The notes below the pieces were generated by a model, which made no database searches, had not been told where the DNA came from, and was given only the letters and a program-made list of their open reading frames with translations. From Acidihalobacter sp. (GTDB lineage: Bacteria; Pseudomonadota; Gammaproteobacteria; DSM-5130; Acidihalobacteraceae), in assembly GCA_027013225.1 (NCBI GenBank), contig JALUXU010000020.1, forward strand, positions 239 through 64,238: a DNA stretch of 64,000 nt. The letters run 5' to 3'. Numbering within the stretch: the stretch's first letter is position 1; the number at the start of each line of letters is the position of its first letter. This document shows positions 1-8,974 of this stretch, piece after piece. Both the position numbers and the translations under genes were made by a program.

Positions 1-171
1 CTGGGTGTCGTGAACCGGATGCAGGCCGGGAGCATCGGGATGAGCGAAAGGGCTGCCAGCAACAAAATCGATGACGATGGTTAGCGTCTTCTTGGCGGCA
101 TCGAATCGCACGCCTTCAACGTGCCAAGGCTCGGCCACCCCAAGGGCGGCTTCAAACAGTGGGTTGTTCAT
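1..171 (-). CDS. ISL3-family transposase, N-terminal part (runs off the window)
   Basis: Manual translation MNNPLFEAALGVAEPWHVEGVRFDAAKKTLTIVIDFVAGSPFAHPDAPGLHPVHDTQ is the typical ISL3 N-terminus; GGAG RBS upstream. Confidence 0.85.
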   Translation of the reverse strand, partial: MNNPLFEAALGVAEPWHVEGVRFDAAKKTLTIVIDFVAGSPFAHPDAPGLHPVHDTQ

Positions 172-232
172 GTCGGTACTCCATATCCATCAGTGATGGA
201 CGTAGACTACCCACTCGAAATTCAAAAGAGGC
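1..232 (-). mobile_element. Left end of an ISL3-family insertion sequence (continues upstream of the window)
   Basis: Minus-strand transposase N-terminus plus a putative terminal IR reading GCCTCTTTTGAATTTCGAGTGGG (about 210-232). The exact end is inferred because the other IR is outside the window. Confidence 0.7.
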
Positions 233-243
233 AAGGAAACAAC

Positions 244-918
244 ATGGAATGGCTGATATTTCTGGCTCTGCTGGTTCTGTTGGTTCTCATAGCATTTGCA
301 GCACTTGCGAAAAAAGGAGGCAACACGGATGAATTTTCGTATGAAAAAAATGAACCGTTGTTTTCGCCAGCTGAAAGGTCTTTCTTTGGTGTGCTAAGCC
401 AAGCGGCAAAAGACAATGCCGTTGTTTTGGGGAAGGTGCGTGTAGCTGATGTCCTCCGCCCTCCCAAAGGTATGGGAAGAAGCAACTGGCAAAAAGCATT
501 CAATCGCATCTCCGCCAAGCACTTCGATTACGTCATTTGCTCCCCTGATACCCTTTCGGTTTTGGCCGCAATCGAATTGGATGATAAATCGCACAATAAA
601 GGTAAGCGTGCGGAGCGAGATCGTTTCCTTGAAACGGCATGTTCCGGCGCCGGGCTACCATTGCACCGTTTTAAGGCCGCTGCTACGTACAACATTAGTG
701 AAGTAAGAAATGTCCTTTTTCCTCCTCCGGAAGAATTAGCTGAGGAGTCTTCGTTGCCTGAAGCACCTGGTCCCGAAGTCACTGAAGAGCAGCTTTGCCC
801 GAAATGCTCATCACCTCTTGTCAAAAAGGTGGCTAAGAAAGGGGAGCACAAAGGCACTGAGTTTCTCGCATGTAGCTCATTCCCGAAATGTCGCTACATC
901 GCTAAGTCAAATGCATAA
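244..918 (+). CDS. DUF2726 (PD-(D/E)XK-like) protein with N-terminal TM helix and C-terminal topoisomerase-type C4 zinc finger; integron-type cassette ORF
   Basis: MEWLIFLALLVLL TM; GKVRVADVL...KHFDYVIC...AIELDDKSH; CPKC...FLACSSFPKCRY; AAGGA RBS before ATG 244. Confidence 0.85.
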   Translation: MEWLIFLALLVLLVLIAFAALAKKGGNTDEFSYEKNEPLFSPAERSFFGVLSQAAKDNAVVLGKVRVADVLRPPKGMGRSNWQKAFNRISAKHFDYVICSPDTLSVLAAIELDDKSHNKGKRAERDRFLETACSGAGLPLHRFKAAATYNISEVRNVLFPPPEELAEESSLPEAPGPEVTEEQLCPKCSSPLVKKVAKKGEHKGTEFLACSSFPKCRYIAKSNA

Positions 919-1002
919 CAAGTACATCATGTCGTTCGCCTACGGCTCACTGGGACGCGCCACCGCTGCATGGCGGCTCGCCCCATATGATGGACGTTAG
1001 CG
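913..1002 (+). other. attC (integron cassette recombination site)
   Basis: GCATAAC (R'', overlapping the stop codon) ... GTTAGCG (R'); inner imperfect arms CATCATG/CATATGATG and GGGACG/CGCCC; about 90 bp. Confidence 0.75.
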
Positions 1003-1542
1003 CGCCGCGCAAAGCGTGGCGCATCTTGCCGGGTGAGAGTCCCGGCATGGAAAGGGTTAACCCCCCACCATTATCGAGTGTTGCGCCTCTGGCGGAACGG
1101 TGCACTGGTTAAGGAGACTGGTGCATTCGTGAACAAGAGAGGTGAAGCGTACACAGAGAATGTTATAGGCCGTTTGGTCACGTAGGACCTTAGAGATGGT
1201 ATCGCTTCGAAATGAACAGTTCCGGTTGGCCAGCGTTGTAACGTCCGTGAAGCCAACACAAAGCAGGCGTATTGGTGAGCCTGTGGAGAGCCGGCGGAGT
1301 TCTCAAGCTACGGCATGTAACAAGAGATGCGTCATGAACGCGGGAGATCCCATGGGCACCAAGGGAAGGGTAAGGCATACAGAACCGCCAGAAACGGGAA
1401 TGTTGCCAGACGGCCAATGGGAAGTCGGATCACTTCATAGTACTCGGAGACGGTAGGGCCGAATTACGTAGAGCCAACCTTCTTGCGGGCACTATCCACC
1501 AAGGCGAGCACATTGAGCGCTCACCGATTCCAAAATCCCTAC
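1000..1542 (+). mobile_element. 5'-fragment of a group II intron (bacterial class E-like), truncated
   Basis: 5' end GCGCGCC (GUGYG variant); GGGTGAGAGTCCCGG; GAAGCC; GGGAAGTCGGATCACTTCATAGTACTCGGAGACGG; followed by an RT N-terminal remnant. No domain V/VI found. Confidence 0.75.
1468..1542 (+). pseudogene. Remnant of intron-encoded reverse transcriptase N-terminus
   Basis: VEPTFLRALSTKASTLSAHRFQNPY resembles the class E IEP start (xPTSLRxIAxKA...HRFQNLY); similarity is lost after about 25 codons. Confidence 0.65.
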
Positions 1543-1906
1543 TGCGACGAGAAAGGTCAGCTCCGCGACGCAGTGAAGTCCGGTGGTCACCAATGCACGT
1601 ATATCCGCATGATCCACCGTCGCCATCTGCCTTACTGGCCCTGAGCCAAGGGGCTTGACATGACACAGGAACAGACAAATGAATAGGCAAATACCATGAG
1701 ACAATGTCAGTAGTGACACCCACCTATTGACAGGTTAAAACATATCAGCCCGGATGTTTCACAAATTCCCGCCGCTCCCTCTGAAATCCCCCTTTTGAAA
1801 ACAATATCCGGCGCGATATCGGCACTAGTTATGAAACATTCGGGTTAAAAACTTTCGCCCAATGCGGTAGAGTAAACCAATACTATTAATTGTAAAAGGA
1901 GTCGCC

Positions 1907-2599
1907 ATGTCCAAAGACAATCTGATTGCTCCATCCATCCTCTCTGCCGATTTCGCGCGTTTGGGGGAAGAGGTGGACAATGTGCTCGCCAGTGGGGCGG
2001 ACATCATCCATTTCGATGTAATGGATAACCATTACGTGCCAAATCTCACTATCGGCCCGCTGGTCTGTGATGCATTGCGCAAGCACGGCGTGACGGCACC
2101 GATAGACGTTCATCTCATGGTCAAGCCGGTGGACCGCATCATTCCGGATTTCGCCAAGGCGGGCGCCACGTACATCACTTTTCATCCTGAAGCTTCCGAA
2201 CATATCGACCGCAGTCTGCAGCTGATTCGTGACAATGGCTGCAAGGCCGGACTGGTATTCAATCCCGCCACTCCCCTCGATTATCTGGATTATGTGATGG
2301 ACAAGCTCGACATGATCCTGTTGATGTCAGTCAATCCAGGATTTGGCGGCCAGAAATTCATCCCCGCCACGTTGCGGAAATTGCGTGAGGCGCGGCGTCT
2401 CATTGATGACGGCGGGCTGGATATCCGCCTGGAAATCGATGGCGGCGTAAAGGTGGACAATATCGCTGAAATCAAGGCTGCAGGCGCAGATACATTCGTG
2501 GCTGGTTCGGCAATCTTCGGTGCTGCCGTCAAAGACGATCCTCATCATTACGACAGCGTGATCGCTGCGATGCGGGCCGAGCTGGCCAAGGCGGGCTGA
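1907..2599 (+). CDS. rpe: Ribulose-phosphate 3-epimerase
   Basis: [36 protein letters not shown] motifs. Confidence 0.97.
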   Translation: MSKDNLIAPSILSADFARLGEEVDNVLASGADIIHFDVMDNHYVPNLTIGPLVCDALRKHGVTAPIDVHLMVKPVDRIIPDFAKAGATYITFHPEASEHIDRSLQLIRDNGCKAGLVFNPATPLDYLDYVMDKLDMILLMSVNPGFGGQKFIPATLRKLREARRLIDDGGLDIRLEIDGGVKVDNIAEIKAAGADTFVAGSAIFGAAVKDDPHHYDSVIAAMRAELAKAG

Positions 2600-3294
2600 T
2601 GCAACCGGTCTTGCCTCTGCCACGCCTCGCCGTAATCGATCTGGATGGCACCATGGTCGATAGCGTGCCCGATCTTGCTTGGTGCGTGAACGGCATGTTG
2701 CGTGAGCTTGGTATGCCAGAGCGCAGCGAGTCTTCCGTGCGTCGATGGGTGGGTAACGGCGTCGATCGTCTGGTCGAAAGGGCGTTGGTCGACGACATTG
2801 AAGGTCGACCCGAACCGCAATTGCGTGCCCGGGCGTTGCCGATCTTCATGCGGCTGTATGCGGAGCATGGCGCTACGGACAGTCGGCTCTATCCCGGCGT
2901 GGAAGAGGGGCTGGATTTTCTCCAGAAGCGCGGCGCGCATCTGGCTTGCGTGACCAACAAGGCGGAACAGTTTACGCTTCCATTGCTGGAGGCCATGGGC
3001 TTGCGTTCGCGCTTTGAGCTGGTGGTCAGCGGAGATACGCTTCCAGAACGCAAGCCATCGCCACGGCCACTTTTGTATGCTGCCGAATATTTCCGCGTGC
3101 CGCCGTCTGCTGCCGTCATGATCGGGGATTCACGCAGTGATGTCACCGCGGCGCGCGCCGCCGGTTTTGGCTGCGTGTGCGTGAGCTATGGATATAACCA
3201 CGGTATCGATATCCGGGCTGAAAAGCCGGATGTGGTGATCGACTCCCTCGCGGAACTGCCAGGCGTTTTTGCCGAAGACCAATCCCTGCCATAG
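2599..3294 (+). CDS. gph: Phosphoglycolate phosphatase (HAD)
   Basis: DLDGTMVDS motif I, TNK, KPSP, GDSRSD; rpe-gph-trpE synteny. Confidence 0.93.
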   Translation: MQPVLPLPRLAVIDLDGTMVDSVPDLAWCVNGMLRELGMPERSESSVRRWVGNGVDRLVERALVDDIEGRPEPQLRARALPIFMRLYAEHGATDSRLYPGVEEGLDFLQKRGAHLACVTNKAEQFTLPLLEAMGLRSRFELVVSGDTLPERKPSPRPLLYAAEYFRVPPSAAVMIGDSRSDVTAARAAGFGCVCVSYGYNHGIDIRAEKPDVVIDSLAELPGVFAEDQSLP

Positions 3295-3550
3295 CCAACG
3301 CGCCCTACTTATGATAAATAGGCTTTTAATCCCCCGAGCGCCTCAGAAGCTGTCCTTAAAATCAGGCTCCATATTCTCTCGCCGCGGGAGATTTTTTCTA
3401 CATTAGGACGGGTTTTGAGCCTGTCAGCTATGGACCCAAGAGACATGCCGGAATTCCAGGTCAAAAAAATAGGAAGCACAACTCGATGGTGATGATGATT
3501 CATTCGCCGGCATTTTTTCCGTGTTCCTTTTTTTTTCTAGATACCTGCCC

Positions 3551-5050
3551 ATGACTCCCGAACAATTCAATGCCCTCGCCTCGCGGGGGTTCAATCGCAT
3601 CCCAGTGATGCGCGAGATACTCGCTGATCTCGATACGCCTCTGTCTGCGTACCTCAAACTCGCCCATGGCGCGCCCTACAGCTACCTTCTCGAATCGGTG
3701 CAGGGAGGGGAGAAATGGGGCCGTTATTCCATGATCGGCTTGCCTGCGCGGGAGATTCTGAGCGTAATGGGTAATGAAGTGCGCGTGGAACGCGATGGCC
3801 TTGTCAAGGAACGCGCCACTGTGGATGACCCCCTGGCTTGGATCGAGGCTTATCAAAACCGCTTCCGGGTGGCCGAGAACCCTGATTTGCCGAGATTCAG
3901 CGGCGGTCTGGTCGGTTATTTCGGCTTTGAAACGGTGCGATTCATCGAGCCGCGGTTGGCGGCGCGCCGCCTCAAAGATAAGCCCGACCCCCTGGGTACG
4001 CCGGATATCATGCTCATGGTGTCCGATGAGGTGGTGGTATTCGACAATCTCAGCGGCAAATTAAGCTTCATAGTACATGCCGATCCGGCTGAGCCGGAGG
4101 CCTTGCGAAAGGCACAGCGGCGTCTTGATGAATTGGTGACGCGTTTGCGCAGCGGCATGGCCGATTACACACCCGCAGCGGTGGCGCGAAACGTGGAAGA
4201 ACAGGATTTTCGCTCCAGCTTCAGCCGTGAGGGTTACGAGGCCGCCGTCGAGCGGATTCGCCAGTACATCGTCGATGGCGACGTGATGCAGGTCGTGCCC
4301 TCGCAGCGCTTGACGATCCCTTTGGCCGCCCGGCCCCTGGACGTATATCGCGCCTTGCGCACTCTCAATCCATCGCCCTATATGTACTTTCTTGATCTGG
4401 GAGAGTTTCATATCGTCGGCTCCTCACCTGAGATTCTGGCGCGCCTCGAGGACGGCGAGGTGACTGTGCGGCCGATAGCGGGTACCCGCCCGCGGGGAAG
4501 AACGCTGGCCGAAGATCAAGCGCTGGAGGCCGACCTGCTATCCGATCCAAAGGAACTGGCTGAGCATCTCATGCTTATTGATCTGGGGCGCAATGACGTG
4601 GGAAGGGTGAGCGAAATCGGCTCGGTGAAGGTAGTCGAGCAAATGGTGGTCGAGCGCTATTCGCATGTCATGCACATCGTTTCCCATGTAACCGGTCGCC
4701 TCAGGGCAGGGCTGGGCGCCATGGATGTCTTGCGGGCGACCTTTCCAGCTGGCACCGTTAGCGGCGCACCGAAGATCCGGGCTCTGGAGATCATTGACGA
4801 GCTGGAGCCGGTTAAACGCGGCGTATACGCCGGCGCGGTCGGTTATCTTTCATGGAACGGCAACATGGATACAGCCATTGCCATCCGCACGGCGGTTATC
4901 AAAAACGGCGAGCTTCATATTCAAGCCGGCGGTGGGATCGTCTATGACTCGGTTCCCGCCACGGAATGGGAGGAGACTCTGAACAAGCGCCGCGCCATGT
5001 TCAGCGCTGTGGCCTTGGCCGAGGCGGGACTCGATGGATCTCACCGTTGA
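3551..5050 (+). CDS. trpE: Anthranilate synthase component I
   Basis: [42 protein letters not shown]; start taken at MTPEQF. Confidence 0.96.
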   Translation: MTPEQFNALASRGFNRIPVMREILADLDTPLSAYLKLAHGAPYSYLLESVQGGEKWGRYSMIGLPAREILSVMGNEVRVERDGLVKERATVDDPLAWIEAYQNRFRVAENPDLPRFSGGLVGYFGFETVRFIEPRLAARRLKDKPDPLGTPDIMLMVSDEVVVFDNLSGKLSFIVHADPAEPEALRKAQRRLDELVTRLRSGMADYTPAAVARNVEEQDFRSSFSREGYEAAVERIRQYIVDGDVMQVVPSQRLTIPLAARPLDVYRALRTLNPSPYMYFLDLGEFHIVGSSPEILARLEDGEVTVRPIAGTRPRGRTLAEDQALEADLLSDPKELAEHLMLIDLGRNDVGRVSEIGSVKVVEQMVVERYSHVMHIVSHVTGRLRAGLGAMDVLRATFPAGTVSGAPKIRALEIIDELEPVKRGVYAGAVGYLSWNGNMDTAIAIRTAVIKNGELHIQAGGGIVYDSVPATEWEETLNKRRAMFSAVALAEAGLDGSHR

Positions 5051-5165
5051 GGATTGACCGGCGATCAAGCTTTGCCCGCGGTTCAAACGCGCATTCATGT
5101 AAACTGAGCATGCGTTTATTTATCGCCTGAGCGACAACAGCGCACTGCCAGGAGGAGATAAAGAC

Positions 5166-5768
5166 ATGTTGCTCATGATCGACAATTACGATTCTTTCAC
5201 CTATAACCTGGTGCAGTATTTCGGCGAGCTGGGCGTCGAGGTGCATACCGTGCGCAACGATGCCATTGAGCCAGCCGAGGTGGAATCGCTCGCCCCCAGC
5301 CATATCGTCATTTCGCCAGGGCCATGCACCCCCAACGAGGCGGGCGTTTCCATGGCTGTGATCGAGCGTTATGCTGGCCGCATTCCAATTCTCGGCGTAT
5401 GTCTGGGGCATCAGTGCATCGGTCAGGTCTTCGGGGGCAAGGTGATTCATGCGCGTGAAATCATGCACGGGAAGACTTCGCCCATTTATCACCGCGGCCA
5501 GGGAGTATTCTCAGGGCTTCCCCAACCCATGCAGGCGACGCGCTACCATTCTCTGGTTCTGGAACACGCCAGCCTGCCTCGGGAGCTTGAGATCACCGCC
5601 TGGACGGAGCGGCCTGACGAAAGCTTTGATGAAATCATGGGGGTGCGCCACAAGAGCTTGCCGGTAGAAGGCGTGCAGTTTCATCCTGAATCCATATTGA
5701 CCCCGCAAGGGCATGCCTTGTTGGAGAATTTCTTACGCGGCACGCTGCCGCAAGGAGTAGCGGCATGA
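5166..5768 (+). CDS. trpG: Anthranilate synthase component II (glutamine amidotransferase)
   Basis: [32 protein letters not shown]. Confidence 0.96.
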   Translation: MLLMIDNYDSFTYNLVQYFGELGVEVHTVRNDAIEPAEVESLAPSHIVISPGPCTPNEAGVSMAVIERYAGRIPILGVCLGHQCIGQVFGGKVIHAREIMHGKTSPIYHRGQGVFSGLPQPMQATRYHSLVLEHASLPRELEITAWTERPDESFDEIMGVRHKSLPVEGVQFHPESILTPQGHALLENFLRGTLPQGVAA

Positions 5769-6799
5769 GTTTGGTGAACGCGCTCGGCAAACTACATGCG
5801 GGCGAAGATCTCAATAGCGATGAAATGCGTGAGGCGATGGACCTGATCATGAATGGAGAGGCCACGCCCGCGCAAATAGGGGCGTTCCTGATGGGGTTGG
5901 CCATGAAGGGCGAGACGGTGAGCGAAGTCGCCGCTGCCGCTGAAGTCATGCGCAAGCTGGCCACGCCGGTGGATATCGATACCCAAGGCGTGGTCGATAT
6001 CGTCGGCACCGGTGGCGATGGCGCTCGAACCTTTAATGTTTCCACCACGGCGAGCTTCGTTGTGGCCGGGGCTGGAGCGCGGGTGGCAAAGCATGGTAAT
6101 CGCTCCGTGTCCAGCGCTTCTGGCGCCGCTGACTTGCTTGAGGCAATGGGGGTGAACTTGAATCTCGCGCCGCCCGCGATCGCCAAGTGTATCGAGGAGG
6201 CTGGAGTGGGATTCATGTTTGCTCCCCTGCATCATTCGGCGATGAAGCATGCCGTGGGTCCAAGACGTGAAATGGGGGTGCGTACGATTTTCAATGTCCT
6301 CGGTCCCTTGACCAATCCGGCGGGTGTGGTCAATCAACTGTTGGGAGTCTATGACCGGTGCTGGGTGTTGCCTATCGCAGAAGTCCTGCGGCGCCTCGGT
6401 AGCCGACATGTTCTGGTGGTGCATTCGCAAGACGGGCTGGATGAAATCAGTATCGCCGCACCCACTGAAGTGGCGGAATTGGTGGATGGCGAAATCAGAA
6501 CATATCAGATTGCGCCGGAAGATTTTGGATTGTCACGCGCTGCGCTTGATGCCATCCGGGTCGACGATCCAGCCTCCAGCCGGGCGATGGTCGAAGATGT
6601 GTTGGTCGGCAAGCCAGGAGCGGCTCGCGATATCGTGTTGCTCAACGCCGGCGCGGCGCTGTATGTGGCCGGCGCGGCAGAATCGATTGCCGATGGTGTG
6701 CGTCGGGCCGCCGAGAGCCTGGACAGCGGCGCAGCCCGTGATCGGCGTGATACTTTGATAACGCTGAGTCAGCAACTGGCCGGAGAACAGCACCCATGA
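5765..6799 (+). CDS. trpD: Anthranilate phosphoribosyltransferase
   Basis: [23 protein letters not shown]. Confidence 0.97.
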   Translation: MSLVNALGKLHAGEDLNSDEMREAMDLIMNGEATPAQIGAFLMGLAMKGETVSEVAAAAEVMRKLATPVDIDTQGVVDIVGTGGDGARTFNVSTTASFVVAGAGARVAKHGNRSVSSASGAADLLEAMGVNLNLAPPAIAKCIEEAGVGFMFAPLHHSAMKHAVGPRREMGVRTIFNVLGPLTNPAGVVNQLLGVYDRCWVLPIAEVLRRLGSRHVLVVHSQDGLDEISIAAPTEVAELVDGEIRTYQIAPEDFGLSRAALDAIRVDDPASSRAMVEDVLVGKPGAARDIVLLNAGAALYVAGAAESIADGVRRAAESLDSGAARDRRDTLITLSQQLAGEQHP

Positions 6800-7620
6800 A
6801 CGTCAAGCCTCCTGACATCTTGCGCCGGATGCTCGCTCACAAGAGCGAAGAGTTGCGTCAGCGGGAAAGCCATATGCCCCTTTCTGAACTGCGTGAGCGC
6901 GCGGAGAACGCGCCCCCCACGCGTGATTTCGCTGCGGCCATCGAGGCTCATGTGATGGCAGGTCGTGCAGGAGTGATCGCTGAGATAAAACGGGCCTCGC
7001 CGAGCAAAGGGGTGATCAGGGAAGATTTTTCGCCCGCCGACATCGCTCGCCGCTATGCAGCTTGCGGAGCCGCCTGCCTGTCGGTTCTCACCGACCGCGA
7101 ATTCTTTCAAGGCGACGACGAGTATCTTGTCAGGGCGCGGATGGCGTGCGCTTTGCCGGTGTTACGCAAGGATTTTACCATCGACCCCTATCAGGTCTAT
7201 GAGGCCCGGGTGTTGGGCGCTGATTGTATCCTTCTGATCGTCGCCGCGTTGGATGACACTCGACTGAACGAGTTGTTGTGGCTGGCGCGTGAGCTCGATA
7301 TGGACGCCCTCGTTGAAGTGCATGACCGAGGCGAGCTGGAGCGCGCTCTGAATCTACCGGCACACCTGATAGGAGTGAACAACCGAGATCTGCGTGATTT
7401 TGAAACGCATATCGAGACCACATTGAATCTATTGCCCCTGATTCCCAAAGACCGCCGCATTATCACCGAAAGCGGAATACGCACTCGTGCTGATGTGAGT
7501 CGTCTGCGTAAGGCTGGAGTGCAGGGATTTCTGGTGGGCGAAACATTCATGCGCGCGCCCGATCCGGGGGCGGCGCTGGCCGAATTGTTCGATCTTGAAT
7601 GTTCTGGAGAAGGATCATGA
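6796..7620 (+). CDS. trpC: Indole-3-glycerol-phosphate synthase
   Basis: [36 protein letters not shown]. Confidence 0.97.
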   Translation: MNVKPPDILRRMLAHKSEELRQRESHMPLSELRERAENAPPTRDFAAAIEAHVMAGRAGVIAEIKRASPSKGVIREDFSPADIARRYAACGAACLSVLTDREFFQGDDEYLVRARMACALPVLRKDFTIDPYQVYEARVLGADCILLIVAALDDTRLNELLWLARELDMDALVEVHDRGELERALNLPAHLIGVNNRDLRDFETHIETTLNLLPLIPKDRRIITESGIRTRADVSRLRKAGVQGFLVGETFMRAPDPGAALAELFDLECSGEGS

Positions 7621-8036
7621 AAGCACGCGTCAAGTGGCTGGATCACATGAGTTTCGTCGGCGAGTCTGAAAGCGGGCATTCGGTGGTGATGGATGGCTCG
7701 CCCGAATTCGGCGGCCGTAATCTGGGTGTTCGGCCGATGGAGATGTTGTTGCTCGGCATGGGGGGGTGCACTTCTTTTGATGTTGTTAGCATATTGCAGC
7801 GGGGACGCCAGAATTTGATCTCTTTGGAGACCCACCTCGAAGCCGAGCGCGCGAATGAGCATCCGAAAGTCTTCAAGCGCATCCATGTGCATTTCGTGGT
7901 CAAAGGACGCGACCTCAGCGAGCAGCGCGTTGCCAAGGCGATCGAGCTGTCTGCGGGAAAATACTGTTCGGCTTCCATCATGCTGGGCGCGATTGCCGAG
8001 ATAACCCACGATTATGAGATCATTGAGATTGCTTGA
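7617..8036 (+). CDS. OsmC family protein (YhfA-like)
   Basis: MKARVKW...[20 protein letters not shown]...KYCSAS. Confidence 0.9.
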   Translation: MKARVKWLDHMSFVGESESGHSVVMDGSPEFGGRNLGVRPMEMLLLGMGGCTSFDVVSILQRGRQNLISLETHLEAERANEHPKVFKRIHVHFVVKGRDLSEQRVAKAIELSAGKYCSASIMLGAIAEITHDYEIIEIA

Positions 8037-8066
8037 TCGCTTCAGAGCATAGCGGAGAAATGGACT

Positions 8067-8894
8067 TTGCCTACAAGATCACGTGCGCGCAAAATCAAGC
8101 TTCATGGCTTTAACAACCTGACCAAGAGTCTGAGCTTCAATATCTATGATATCTGCTACGCGCAGACCGAAGAGCACCGTGCCGAGTATATCGAATATAT
8201 CGACGAGGTTTATAACGCCAAGCGACTCAGTCAGATCTTGCGTGAGGTGGCGGAGCTGATCGGAGCGAATGTGCTGGCCGTTTCCCATCAGGACTATGAT
8301 CCTCAGGGGGCCAGCGTTGTCATGCTGATTTCAGAAGAGCCTGTCGTCTCGGAGAAGATCGGCGAGAATGGCCGGGTTAGCGAGTCACCTGGCCCTTTGC
8401 CGGAAACAGTGCTGGCTCATCTTGATAAGAGTCACATCACTGTGCACACCTATCCGGAAAGTCACCCGGAAGGCGGAATAAGCACCTTCCGCGCTGATAT
8501 AGACGTTTCTACCTGTGGAAGAATATCTCCGCTGCGGGCATTGAACTTTTTGATTCACAGCTTTGACTCGGATATCGTCACTATCGATTATCGAGTGCGC
8601 GGTTTTACCCGTGACATACGTGGCAAGAAGCATTTCATCGACCACAAGATCAATTCGATCCAGAATTTCATTGACAGGCCAACCCGCGAGCGGTACGAAA
8701 TGATCGATGTCAATGTCTATGCCGAAAAGGTTTTTCATACCAAAATGCGGCTCAATGAATTCGATATCGATAATTATTTATTCGGCGCCGGACGCGAGGC
8801 GTATAGCGATGCACAGTTGCAGCGTATTGAGGGGCGTTTGCGGCGCGAGATGACAGAGATTTTCTATGGCAGGAATGTGCCTAGGGTGCGCTGA
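8067..8894 (+). CDS. speD: S-adenosylmethionine decarboxylase proenzyme
   Basis: [36 protein letters not shown]. Confidence 0.96.
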   Translation: MPTRSRARKIKLHGFNNLTKSLSFNIYDICYAQTEEHRAEYIEYIDEVYNAKRLSQILREVAELIGANVLAVSHQDYDPQGASVVMLISEEPVVSEKIGENGRVSESPGPLPETVLAHLDKSHITVHTYPESHPEGGISTFRADIDVSTCGRISPLRALNFLIHSFDSDIVTIDYRVRGFTRDIRGKKHFIDHKINSIQNFIDRPTRERYEMIDVNVYAEKVFHTKMRLNEFDIDNYLFGAGREAYSDAQLQRIEGRLRREMTEIFYGRNVPRVR

Positions 8895-8974
8895 GTCCGT
8901 TCATGGAATACCCACGAAAATCACAAGTCTATCAGCCTTGCGGGTGAGCATGATCATCTACTGAGAGGAAATCT

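Noticed and set aside
121-243. N-terminal extension of the DUF2726 ORF from GTG 121
   Set aside because: Lies within the ISL3 end; the ATG at 244 has the RBS and begins the TM helix.
1492-1719. 75-aa minus-strand ORF
   Set aside because: Overlaps the intron RT remnant on the other strand; no recognisable family.
5055-5069. TTGACCGGCGATCAA (and TTGACCGTGAATCAA upstream of moaA) as FNR boxes
   Set aside because: The spacer is 5 bp rather than the 4 bp of TTGAT-N4-ATCAA; two similar hits may be chance.
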